Part shown: positions 1 to 9,862 of the stretch, one piece after another | Position numbering within the stretch: the first letter of the stretch is position 1 | Layout: every line of letters begins with the position of its first letter | From: Microcystis aeruginosa NIES-843 | GTDB lineage: Bacteria > Cyanobacteriota > Cyanobacteriia > Cyanobacteriales > Microcystaceae | Direction of reading: 5' to 3' | Assembly (NCBI RefSeq): GCF_000010625.1 | Contig: NC_010296.1 | Location: 3,120,001 to 3,152,000, forward strand | Length of the DNA: 32,000 bases | Notes under the pieces: model-generated | Databases searched by the model: none | What the model saw: only the letters and a program-made list of their open reading frames with translations | What the model was told of the DNA's origin: nothing | Program-made: the position numbers and the translations under genes

Positions 1-962
1 AACATCAAAAGTTTAGTGGATTCTCAAAGCCAAACTGACCCAAGTTTTAAAAGCCAAAGGCTTTATGTGAGACTGAGTGCGGCCGAAGTCCGAAAGCAAT
101 TAATCTCTAAATATGGGTACAGTGATGAGGATTTACCGAGCGAGGAAACTATTCGGGTTAAATTAAATAACTTAGGTTATCGTCTGAAAAGAGTCGCTAA
201 AGTTTTACCTCAAAAAAAATTCCAGAAACCGAGGCAATCTTTGAGGAATTAGCTAACATTAATCGGGAAGCGGATGAAGACCCTACGATGTTACGTCTTA
301 GTTTGGATGCCAAAGCCCGTGTTAATATTGGACTATTTGATCGAGGAGGTAAGAATAGAATAACTGTCGAAACAAACGATCATGATTTTAATCCGAAAAC
401 AACCCTAACCCCTTACGGAATATTTATTCCAGAATTTGATGAGTTGTTTTTGTATTTCACTGCCTCCACAGTCACCAGTGACTTTATTGTTGATATATTA
501 GAAGATTTCTGGGAGTCGGAAAAATCTCGTTTTGAGAAAATTAAAACTTTGATAATTAATCAAGATAATGGACCAGAAAATAATTCGAGACGAACTCAGT
601 TCATGAAACGTATAGTTGAGTTTTCCCAAAAATATCAAGTTAATATACGTTTAGCTTACTATCCCCCTTACCATAGTAAATATAATCCTATTGAACGAAC
701 CTGGGCTGTGTTAGAAAACCCTTGGAATGGGAGTATTTTAGATGAAATCGAAACGGCTTTGAAATTCGCCCAAACTATGACTTGGAAAGGAAAACACCCG
801 ATTGTTAAGTTGATTACTGAAACTTATGAAAAAGGAGTAAAGCTTACTAAAAAAGCCATGGAAAAAATCGAAGAAAAAATCGAACGTCTCACAGAATCAA
901 CGAATCAAGACTTTCCCGATTTGGGACAATGGTTTATTGATATCTATTATGATAAGACCTAG
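1..962 (+). pseudogene. DDE transposase (ISAzo13-like), 5' end outside the window, split by a frameshift
   Basis: ORFs 16-252 and 288-962 are consecutive pieces of one protein. Reading about 220-290 in the frame of the second ORF gives KIPETEAIFEELANINREADEDPTMLRLSLDAK, so the frame change lies at or next to the A8 run 212-219. NQDNG...YYPPYHSKYNPIERTW is a DDE catalytic-region pattern. The family name is from memory of similar cyanobacterial transposases. Confidence 0.65.
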
Positions 963-1122
963 TTTGTAGTTAACTAAGATGGTTAGCTAAAAACTGTCTT
1001 TGATTCTTTAACTTGTCCTTGTTATACTCGAAAAAGCTCGGAAGTATAAGAGTTTGTGCTGCCTATTTTTTCGGAAAAATAGGTTGTAATGGGAGACTCT
1101 TTGTTTTCCTAGACAAAAATAA

Positions 1123-1473
1123 TTACTTTTTCAAAAAAACACTTTTCTATTTTTTTGTTGGGTATTTTATTCTCTGGAAGTCCCTTATGCCATTGGAGCC
1201 GGGTCACATGGTGAACCACCCGCTTATACAGAGTGGAGTGGCAATTACAGGTTTACCGGACCGGACTCGTTCGTCTTTATCCCACTGAAAGGAAAAATCA
1301 TGGTCGGGGGAATATGGTACTATTGCCCTCCCCTTCCCAACCAGATGATTGATGCTTGCACGTCAGTTCAATTTATTGCAGGGCCATTAGGTAAGCAGCA
1401 AGCGGGCAGCTTCCGGATGAATGGCTCGAACCAACTCTTGTCTGGTGGAGAAACTTGGTATCGGATTCGCTAA
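1123..1473 (+). other. start-less open frame (117 codons), possible gene remnant of unknown function
   Basis: Frame 1 is open from the stop at 1120-1122 to TAA 1471-1473 (…EVPYAIGAGSHGEPPAYTEWSGNYRFTGPDSFVFIPLKGKIMVGGIWYYCPPLPNQMIDAC…WYRIR). There is no ATG, GTG or TTG before codon 60, which explains its absence from the ORF track. It lies directly upstream of 1527-3020. Confidence 0.25.
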
Positions 1474-1526
1474 TTCGGGTTTTTTGTCGGAGTTAAAGTA
1501 ACAAATCCTATCTAAGGAGAAAAACA

Positions 1527-3020
1527 ATGTTTTGTTCGCAATGTGGCACCAAAAATGTTGATAATGCAAAATTCTGTTTCAATTGCGGCTCTCCACTTTA
1601 TACCGAGTCCGCAGAGAGCCAAACTGGGCAACAGAAAAAAGGGCTATTTCCCAATAGCTCAATAACTCTTGAGGATCTAACTAAAGTAACTCTTGAGGAT
1701 CTAAAGAATGCCCTCATTGTGCCATCAGATAGACGGAATTATTCTTACGGTGCGATGGACAAATCTTACGGTGTGATGGACAAATATATCAAGAACGGGG
1801 ATTCTACTACACAAGGCGAAGTTATCGACAAAGATTGCAAAAAAGAGGACGAGATGGATGTATTTAGATTTGTAAATTCGCCGTCGCCCAATGAAAATAG
1901 CCTAAATGAAAATAGCCTAAATGAAAAGCAGTTCGCCTTACATCAAGTAATTGATACGCAACACAATGGCGTTGTGGCATTGGTTTTTGAGCATCCGGTA
2001 GGTTGGCGAGCAACTAGCTATCTTGTATGGAACTTTCAGAACGTGAGTTTTCCGGTTTGCAGCTTCGCCAAGGTTGTTCCGTCTGGGCTGCTCGATCAGT
2101 TAAAGCCGCATTCCGCATCTTTATCTTTCTGGTTTCCAGGACCACTTTTCTTCTGGGTAGAGCCGAATTACGGACTTTGCCAACAAGGACAAAATATTTT
2201 AGGTGCGGTATATTTGCAGCCCATGTCAGCAGTGGATGCCATGACTCGCTGGGTAGTTCCCAACTATTCTTATGCCAATAAACTATTAATTCCTAACACC
2301 TTAAAGATTGTCAGTGTTGTTCCAATCCCGCAGCTCGCACAAAGAATCGGCATGGATTTGAAAGGACTGACAAGTGAGGATGTATGCCTCAAGATTGAAT
2401 ATGAACAATTGGGCGGACAAACTTTTGAAGAAGAAATTTACGGCATCAAATTCACGCAAAACGTACCGTACTATGGGCCGATGGGCATGACGATGCAGAT
2501 CAATTGGGGCTTTGCTCGGCTTTTCAGTTTTCAAGGGGAAAAGGGCAGCCTCGACGCAGAAAAAGAAACGTTTTGGCGGATTGCCTGTTCAGTTAAGCCA
2601 AATCCGCTCTGGGAACAGCTTTATGCCCAAATTTTGCAAGAACTTCAGATGCAGTTCAACCAATATATTCAGATGGGCTATTCGCAGATTCAAGCTGCTG
2701 GCCAGTTAAGCCAGGCTATCAGTGCGAATAACGACGCTTGGCTGAGTGCTTTCGAGCAACAACGCCAAGCTGCTCGGCAATCAAGCCATTCTTCGAGCAG
2801 TAGTTCATCAGACCGTTCACCGAGTGATGCTTTTAGCGAATACATTCGGGGTGTAGAGACTTGCGATGACCCTTACTATGGCGAGTCACAACAAGATTAC
2901 AACTACAGTTATCATTGGACGGATGGCTTCGGTAACTATCAACATTCCAACGACCCATTTTTCAATCCCAACATCGGTTCAAATCAGAATTGGACTTTTA
3001 TGGAGCCGAAGAAAAAATAA
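1527..3020 (+). CDS. zinc-ribbon domain protein with repeat-bearing linker, unknown central domain and Q/N/S/Y-rich tail
   Basis: N-terminal CxxC...CxxC (MFCSQCGTKNVDNAKFCFNCGSPL). AGGAG lies 8 nt upstream of the ATG. There are in-frame tandem duplications at 1663-1704 (24-bp period), 1743-1784 (21 bp) and 1890-1919 (15 bp). A poly-Ser run and a Y/N/Q-rich C-terminus are present. Confidence 0.75.
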   Translation: MFCSQCGTKNVDNAKFCFNCGSPLYTESAESQTGQQKKGLFPNSSITLEDLTKVTLEDLKNALIVPSDRRNYSYGAMDKSYGVMDKYIKNGDSTTQGEVIDKDCKKEDEMDVFRFVNSPSPNENSLNENSLNEKQFALHQVIDTQHNGVVALVFEHPVGWRATSYLVWNFQNVSFPVCSFAKVVPSGLLDQLKPHSASLSFWFPGPLFFWVEPNYGLCQQGQNILGAVYLQPMSAVDAMTRWVVPNYSYANKLLIPNTLKIVSVVPIPQLAQRIGMDLKGLTSEDVCLKIEYEQLGGQTFEEEIYGIKFTQNVPYYGPMGMTMQINWGFARLFSFQGEKGSLDAEKETFWRIACSVKPNPLWEQLYAQILQELQMQFNQYIQMGYSQIQAAGQLSQAISANNDAWLSAFEQQRQAARQSSHSSSSSSSDRSPSDAFSEYIRGVETCDDPYYGESQQDYNYSYHWTDGFGNYQHSNDPFFNPNIGSNQNWTFMEPKKK

Positions 3021-3129
3021 TATTGGTTAGCTCGCTTTGTCCATTATTTCTGTGTGGGATACTGATAGCAAATGTGGTTAAATCTAGACCTTTTCTTGAT
3101 CATTAAGTTTATTTCTTAGGAGCAAAACA

Positions 3130-3615
3130 ATGTTTTGTACGAGATGTGGAACTCAAAATTCTGACAATGCGAAATTCTGTATCAACTGCGGCTCTCAACT
3201 TCATTCGCAGCCTGTAGAGCCAGAAATTGTCCAACCCAAAAGGGAGGCATCCCCCAATGGTTCCAAAATCATTCCTGAAAAAGACCTTCTAAAGATACTG
3301 TGTTATGTTGCTATAGGTGCAGACACCATCGTCTTGCTATTTGGTATATCTATAGGTAATTTTTGGGGTGTTGGTTGGACGTTTTTGATGCTCTGGTCTA
3401 TTCTCATTGTTTGTGAATCGCTCAGTAAGAATAATCTTGATCAAGCAAAAAACGCTGCTCTTTTTGGCATAGGATTAAATGGCTTTTTCGTGTTATCCAA
3501 TATTTTTATGCTGACAGTTGGAGGTAGTATTAGTTTCATGCTTGGAATATTAGAACTCATTGCAGCAGGATGTCTGGGTTATGTGTTCTACAAACTGAAT
3601 CAAGTGAAATCATAA
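3130..3615 (+). CDS. zinc-ribbon domain membrane protein (3-4 predicted TM helices)
   Basis: The N-terminus MFCTRCGTQNSDNAKFCINCGSQL is paralogous to that of 1527-3020, with a near-identical RBS/leader (taggagcaaaacaATG). The C-terminal half is hydrophobic. The stop codon TAA 3613-3615 overlaps the first bases of the IS1634 terminus. Confidence 0.75.
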   Translation: MFCTRCGTQNSDNAKFCINCGSQLHSQPVEPEIVQPKREASPNGSKIIPEKDLLKILCYVAIGADTIVLLFGISIGNFWGVGWTFLMLWSILIVCESLSKNNLDQAKNAALFGIGLNGFFVLSNIFMLTVGGSISFMLGILELIAAGCLGYVFYKLNQVKS

Positions 3616-3861
3616 CCCACATTCCGCACCCTAAGTGTCACAACGTCTCGAAAGAGGAAGGAGCGTGAGTCAAAATACTTATCTAGAGGAGTGAGTTGGC
3701 GGCAAGCTGCCGCCAACTAAGTCGAAAAATTCAGGGTTCCCCCGGTCATTCGCAATAAACAGTGCTTGTTGAGAATGGCTGGGCAATCAGACTTAACATC
3801 TAGGGGGAGATGTTCCAGTTACTCGCTTTGTTTTGTCACCCCTTGAAGTCAATCCATCTGG

Positions 3862-4944
3862 TCAAGATAAGAGATAATATTCCTGGCAAGGTTTGGGGAA
3901 AAATCTCAAAATGTTGCGCCTCTCATCCGTTAAGTTGCTAATCTTTTGATTGTCTTGAATAGGTCGGAGATGAATCCCTTGAAAGCCCTGAAATATCCAG
4001 CGTAATGTTGGTCGGTCGGTTAACTTACCCAACGGATTTTTCAGTCCCGTCTCCTGCTGTTTTAAGTTCAGACGAAGTTGTCTTTGACCAATAGTATAAA
4101 TCAGCAGGCACAAGCCCATGAGCAGGGCCATGACCTCGATTCTATGGGGAGATTTGAGAAAGACACTGTCGGCAAAAAAGCAGGGGTCTTTGAGAAAAGA
4201 AAATCCTCTTTCTGGAGCTTGTTGCCCTTTATATTTTTTGAGTATATCCTCACTGCTCAATCGTTGTTTCTCCAAATCGTTAGTTGCTAAAACGAATCGT
4301 CCTGCTCGTTTCTTGAGCCTCTCAATCGCTGGCAAATTCAACTCTAATTCGGCTTGAATTCGGTAGAATTGAGAGGGGGAATTGTCGGTCAGTTTGGCTT
4401 TTAATTTCTTCGAGTCAGCTTGAAAGTAATTCCCTTGAATCTCAGTTAACCGATGATATTTTAAGGAGTCAGATAATCCCTTGACTATCGCCAACGCCAC
4501 CGCTCTATTCTCAAATTCTCTTCGGGATAGTTGGCGGATTTTTTCTTGGGCAGAATTCTTTTCTTGCTCGATTTTTTTCTCTAATTTTTTCAAGTCTGAT
4601 TCTTTTCTAGTTTGACTTTCAACTAGCAACCATCTTTGTTCTATTCCCCCATAGTTAGAGCTTGTTTCCCGCCAGGAATAACCCAGTATTTCTGCATCGG
4701 TTAACTCTTTTTCTGAGATGCTATCGACTAACTCTTGAGCCTCTTTAATGCTTAATGGTACTCGAGACAACCAACGCATTTCTTTCATTAGTTTTAAATT
4801 CTCTTTGCTATAGAGGGCGCTATCGCCGACTATTAAACTGTCAAAGTCAACTTGTTTTTTAAATTCTCGGGCGATTTGACCAAAAACCGCTTTGTCCGCT
4901 TTATTTCCGTCCCCTACTTTCAGGAATAAAGGTACATCTCCATC
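3862..4944 (-). pseudogene. IS1634-family transposase, C-terminal part (copy A)
   Basis: From VPLFLKVGDGN onward the protein is near-identical to residues about 200-557 of the intact copy (13156-14829). The first 28 codons of track ORF 3862-5028 are read-through of the ISAs1 terminus, not transposase. Confidence 0.85.
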
Positions 4945-5875
4945 CAGGGTAAGCTCATCTAATTTGGTATAAATTGTACTTGACAAATATCTCGAAGTAT
5001 CCTGCCTGTCTCTCCCCTCAAATTTCATTTATAAGTAGTTAAACAAAATCAGTCTTAATCTGAGCATGATCAATTAATATTAATTAGGAGAGAAGTCATG
5101 GCAACAGGTTTTGCCCCCGTATTGGAACCAGAAAAGAAAGCTCAACAGCCAACGACCGGGCCGTTAACACCAATCAATGAAATTCAAGCCAGGTTATTGA
5201 ATTATGTTCAAGATATTCCTGACCCGAGAGTTTCTCGAACTCAAAAACATTTGCTGACCGATATTTTAGTGATTGCGATTTTAGCCGTGATCGCCGGGGC
5301 GCAAGGTTGGGAAGACATGGAAAATTATGGCATCAGTAAGCAGGCTTGGTTATCGGAATTTTTGGAATTACCCAATGGCATCCCTTCTGATGATACTTTT
5401 CGTCGGGTTTTTGAACGGATTAAGCCGGAAGCTCTCGAACAAGTTTTGTCTCAATGGCTACAACATTTGATGGGTTCTCTCGCGGGAGAAATTGTCCCCA
5501 TAGACGGGAAAAATCTCAAAGGTTCCTACGATCGTAATCAAGGGATAAAAGCCTTACATTTAGTCACCGCCTGGGCAAGTGAGCAACGATTGGTTTTAGG
5601 ACAAGTCAAGGTGGAAGATAAGTCTAATGAGATTACGGCGATTCCTGCCCTACTAGAATTATTAGATATCTCGGGTGCGATTATCACCATTGACGCGATG
5701 GGAACTCAAACTGAGATTGTTCGACAAATTCGCCAAAAAAAAGCTGATGTTTGTGTTAGCACTTAAAGCTAATCATCCCACTCTTCACTCTCAGGTTAAG
5801 AATTGGTTCGATCAGGCTCAAGCTCATAACTTTGAAGGGATTAAATTTAGTTATGACTATCGCCTAGAAAAAGGT

Positions 5876-7297
5876 GGCTCTTCGTTACCCTTTATGCTAA
5901 ATCAACATACAAGATGCCAAGATAACATACTTCTAACCCAAAAATTCCGAAAGTTTCTAAAGCCATAGCCTCTCCGTTTTATTAGTTTAAGTTTATTGTT
6001 GATTCCTTCGACCACCCCATTCGTTGTCCTTCGCTCGAAATAACTAATTATTTCTCCAAACCAGTTTCGGATTGTTTGACAACTCTTGGTAAAAACACTG
6101 GAGGATTTTGCCAACCATTCCGAGATGGATAGCATTCCCTCTGTCGGATTCTCTGAGGTTTCATAAATCTTTCTAAATTCTTCCTTTAATTCCTGCATCT
6201 TTTTCAAATTTGGGAATTTTTCTTTGATAGCTTCTAGTTTAATTTTTTGGGGTTCCGTTAAATCTTCTTCATTTTTTAACAGGCTATATTTACTTCGCTT
6301 TAAAACTTCTAGCTTGGCTTCTTTTTCTGCTTTCTGTTTTTTATTTTTCTGCGCTTCTACGGCTCTTTTTTCTGCTCTTCTCTGTTCGTCTAACTCTTGA
6401 TTAATTTGTTTCATTACATGGAATCTATCGGCGACTACTTCGGCCGATGGCATCAATTCTTTCACCAAATTTTTATAAGGCAACCAAAGGTCTATGCTCA
6501 CTTCTTCAATTTGCTCTAACACCTCTTTTCCCCAGCCCGTAAGCGTTTCTCTCAACTCTTCTTGTGTTCGCTTCTCTAGAATAGCTATTAGTTTTCCCGT
6601 ATCTAAATTTACTAAAACCGCACAGTAATTTTTTTGTCCTTTGACTAGAGCGATTTCATCAATTCCTAGTCTTTTTAATTCCGATAGGTCTGGCTCTGTA
6701 ATTTCTTCGGCGATGTCCTCTATCATTCTTTGAATCTCTTCTTCCGTTACGTCATTTATTCGACTAACATTTAAAATATCTCCTTCTTTTAATTGTTCGA
6801 GTATATTTGCGGCTAGTCTTTTCGTATAGGTTCGTTTCTTGGCGACAAAATCTAACTCTTCGCTAAAGGGTCTCTGACAATTATCGCACTTAAATTGACG
6901 ACGATTAACTTGTAGGTATACTGGTTGACCTGAGATTGGTAAATCTTTGACTAAATGTCGATGATTTTGGTGGAGTTTATCGCTCTCTAACCCACAACGA
7001 GGACAGGTTGCTTTTTGATTTTTCGATTCGATTCGGCAAACTATACCGATATTTTCTAGGTGTAGATAGCCTTGAATACAGGTTCCTTTTAGGTTCAAAA
7101 ATTTGTCAAGTATCATAAGTAAAATAATCTCGTTTTTGGCTATTATATCAAATCTTAACTCAATTGTCTATCTTTTGGTATTAACCTGTTTGTGCCTTAA
7201 GTCCTTCCCTGTATGGATTTCAGCTACTTTTGAGCGTAGGCGCTCTCATCGAATTTTATTTTAAGTTAATTATTTGCATAACAATTCCCGAAGAGCC
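5876..7297 (-). mobile_element. ISL3-family element (1422 bp)
   Basis: Termini are ggctcttcg... (5876) and ...cgaagagcc (7297). A perfect 8-bp target duplication aaaaaggt lies at 5868-5875 and 7298-7305. Confidence 0.9.
5902..7116 (-). CDS. ISL3-family transposase (apparently intact, 404 aa)
   Basis: Uninterrupted ORF. It has an N-terminal CxxC...CxxC zinc finger (CPRCG…CDNC) and the ISL3-type C-terminal pattern VEGINNKLKLIKRRGYGFRNFRNF. Confidence 0.9.
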   Translation of the reverse strand: MILDKFLNLKGTCIQGYLHLENIGIVCRIESKNQKATCPRCGLESDKLHQNHRHLVKDLPISGQPVYLQVNRRQFKCDNCQRPFSEELDFVAKKRTYTKRLAANILEQLKEGDILNVSRINDVTEEEIQRMIEDIAEEITEPDLSELKRLGIDEIALVKGQKNYCAVLVNLDTGKLIAILEKRTQEELRETLTGWGKEVLEQIEEVSIDLWLPYKNLVKELMPSAEVVADRFHVMKQINQELDEQRRAEKRAVEAQKNKKQKAEKEAKLEVLKRSKYSLLKNEEDLTEPQKIKLEAIKEKFPNLKKMQELKEEFRKIYETSENPTEGMLSISEWLAKSSSVFTKSCQTIRNWFGEIISYFERRTTNGVVEGINNKLKLIKRRGYGFRNFRNFWVRSMLSWHLVC

Positions 7298-7396
7298 AAA
7301 AAGGTCATCATCGTCTAGAAAAGCGTTGGTGTTGGGCTGTACCTTTAGAAGCTTTTGGCGGTCTTTACCAACAACAGCAATGGTTAGGACTTAAAA

Positions 7397-8614
7397 AGAA
7401 CTCTTGCAAATTAATTATATGTTATAATGATGGGTTAACTAATTTTCCCCAAAAAATTAGTTAATCAGTACATTTGTCCTGAATGAAAACTTGAAGTTTA
7501 ACTTTTAACTCAAAACTCTTTAGAGCTGCTTTAATTTGGTTATCAAAACCTCTTTATTTAAGCGGCACAAACTATCTCAATTATAAAAATTGAGAATAAA
7601 TTCTCCTTGACTTGATTAATCTTTAGGCAACTTTTAAGAAGCTGCTATACCTATCCCTAACTCACAGTTATAAATAGCCGCCAACAAGTTAACTCTTAAA
7701 CTATATCTTCGACGACGATTCCGATATTTACAGGATAAGATTTTAAAGATTTTGAGTTTCCTATTTATAGGTTCAATGATAATCCTTTCTTTGGCTAAAG
7801 CCTTGTTATACTCTTTTTCTAACTCTGTTAATTTTCTATTTTTCGATTTCTTTTTCGGTGTATAACTATTACTATGGTATGCAGCTATTCCCTGATAACC
7901 ACTGTCTTCTATGCTGGTAGTTAAAGGATGAAAACGAACTCGACTTTTTTTAAATAAACTAAAATCATGACCTCTACCTTTCCCACAAAAGACACAGATA
8001 ATTTCCTTTGTATTTTGATCAGCTACTAATTGGGATTTTAAAGTATGATAACCTCTTTTACCCCCCAAAAAATCTTTCTGTTTCTTTTGGGGGCGTTCAA
8101 TGGGAGTTTCCGTTACATCCATTACCGTTATGACCGGTATCTCTGCTTGATTGAGTAAAGCTTTTTTTCCTTTTAAACGGAAGTTTCCCGATTGTAAAAG
8201 CATTTTTTCCGTCTTATTTACAATCCGACATATAGTTGATTCTGATAGTTCCCAGCTTGTACCAATGTGAAAATATGTTCTATATTCTCGCCAATATTCT
8301 AACGTTACTAAAACTTGTTCTTCTATAGATAGTTTAGGTTTCGGTCCCCTTTTAGATGGTGAATTAGAGTCGGCTTCAACACTTTTTACTGATTCTACCA
8401 TCTTTCTATAGGTTTGTTTATACACACCGAAACGGCGTTTGAATTGTTCATCTGATCAGTTTTGATAATCCATAATTTTGCTAATAAACATAGCAAAATT
8501 ATAGATGATTTCCTGACCTAAGATCACATTTTATTCTTTTTTCCACTTCAATCTAAGAATTGAGAAAAAAGCAAAACCTTATATTATACCATAAAAAAAT
8601 TATGCAAGAGGTCT
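7397..8614 (-). mobile_element. IS5-family-like element (1218 bp)
   Basis: Inverted termini are agaactcttgca (7397-) and tgcaagaggtct (-8614). The inferred 3-bp AAA duplication (7394-7396 / 8615-8617) restores the ISAs1 transposase reading frame exactly. Confidence 0.75.
7634..8473 (-). pseudogene. IS5-family (Harbinger/DDE_Tnp_4-like) transposase with an in-frame TGA at codon 6
   Basis: The minus-strand ATG at 8473 gives MDYQN*SDEQFKRRFGVYKQTYRKMVESV…, in the same frame as track ORF 7634-8425. The TGA is at 8458-8456. HTH and DDE regions follow. The family call is tentative. Confidence 0.65.
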
Positions 8615-8986
8615 AAAGTATTGTTATGGTTAAACGGATTCGCCATCTCTGGAATAAAACTACTCACGAAGTCCAATTTTATCTCAGTTCTCTCCCGGCT
8701 GATGCTCAAATCATCGGTAAGGCTATTCGTAAACACTGGGGCATTGAAAATCAAGTCCACTGGACTTTAGATGTTACTTTTAATGAAGATAAGTGTCGGA
8801 TTCGGTCTTGGCATAGCCCTCGGAATTTTGGTCTCCTCAGACGGCTAGCACTTAACGCCCTTAACCAGGAATCCACTTACCGACGTAGTCTGCGACAAAA
8901 AAGTAAGCGCGCGGCGATGGACAATGACTATATGGTGGCTGTGCTGAGTTCCTTTTGTCAAGCGTGATTGAGATGCTCTTACCCTG

Positions 8987-9587
8987 CATCTCCATCCCCA
9001 CTTACGATTAAGTCAATCATAAATTGTTTTAAGTCAGGTCTTCGGTCGCGGGAGTATCCGTAGGTAATTTTTATTGGCTGTTGTCTGGTTTCAATTTCTT
9101 CTCCCACTGCTCCTGATTTCAGGATTTCTACTGTTGGGTATTCCTTGTTATATTCTCCTTCTACTGATAGAGAAGTCGAATCTAAATGAGAATTCTCGGT
9201 CGCTACACCAAATTTTTTCACGGCGGCTAAACTAATGAGTAGGAAAATACCCGAAACATCAAGTTGATAAAGTTTGTCCATCACTCGACCAATTTTATCA
9301 TCATTCAGGTGTTTTGGTTCGATGCCCTCTCCCAGCAGATGTTCGGTTGCTTTATCTTCAAAAAATTGAGGAAATAAATACAAGGACCCGGAGACAAATC
9401 CCAATCCATTCAGGATAATTGCTTTCACGACTTGCCCCGCTGTGACAATTTCTCCTCGCTCAATTGAGACTTGTTCGTTGATAATTTCAACGATTCCTAT
9501 TTCATCGATAATTCCGGCTACTAATCCCAGATGGTCTAGATTTTTGACTTCAATTTCTGTTGATTGATTCATGGTCGAACAGCCCAC
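8987..9587 (-). pseudogene. IS1634-family transposase, N-terminal part (copy A)
   Basis: Near-identical to residues 1-199 of 13156-14829 (…MNQSTEIEVKNLDHLGLVAGIIDEIG…DLIVSGDGD). It ends at the ISAs1 insertion point. Confidence 0.85.
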
Positions 9588-9862
9588 TGCCTAAGTTTTC
9601 CAACAATTCCTATTTTTTCATAATTAGGGGTCTCAAGACCCCCCTAGCGGCCACCGAGAAAACCTTCACCAGCTAAGTATTTTTACTCAAGTCTCTGGAG
9701 GGGGACAGCTTATGTGACAGTTGAGGGTGCGGAATGTGGGCTGTATGATTCTGTAGAGGTTATAAATTTTTAGCGGTCTATCCCGTGCTAGGGGATAGGA
9801 TAGAAAAGTGCTACTATCCCAGTGATATAGCGTTTTTCACTTAGAAAATCGGGGTTAAAAAC

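Larger units (their letters stand above)
5098..8967 (+). pseudogene. ISAs1-family transposase, frameshifted and interrupted by two IS insertions
   Basis: The pieces are 5098-5766, 5675-5875, 7306-7396 and 8618-8967. They join in frame once the ISL3 and IS5-like elements and one copy of each duplication are removed (…RLEKG|HHRLEKRWCWAVPLEAFGGLYQQQQWLGLK|SIVMVKRIRHLWNK…). A 1-nt frameshift lies near 5748-5751 (KKAD / FVLALKANH). Confidence 0.85.
4945..8986 (+). mobile_element. ISAs1-family element inserted in IS1634 copy A
   Basis: Inverted termini are cagggtaagctcatctaat (4945-) and the reverse complement of cagggtaagagcatctcaat (-8986). A 10-bp direct duplication catctccatc lies at 4935-4944 and 8987-8996. 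Removing the element restores ...SGDGDVPLF... of the IS1634 transposase. Confidence 0.85.
3614..9740 (-). mobile_element. IS1634-family (IS4-like) element, copy A, disrupted by nested insertions
   Basis: Terminal repeats aacccacattccgcaccct (3614-) and agggtgcggaatgtggg (-9740) match those of copy B. Regions 3614-4944 and 8987-9740 are colinear with the reverse complement of 13002-15077. Confidence 0.85.

Noticed and set aside
1013-1569. ORFs 1013-1288 (+) and 1387-1569 (-)
   Set aside because: They are low-complexity, F/L-rich or antisense to better frames. The alternative frame 1123-1473 looks more protein-like, and 1387-1569 runs antisense across the zinc-ribbon gene start.
4078-4357. Antisense ORFs inside transposase genes (4078-4290, 4118-4357, 14334-14573, 14431-14613, 14438-14623, 24587-24778, 24801-25025)
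   Set aside because: They are shadow frames of the IS1634 and ISKra4 transposase genes. They are duplicated only because the IS is duplicated and have no independent signals.
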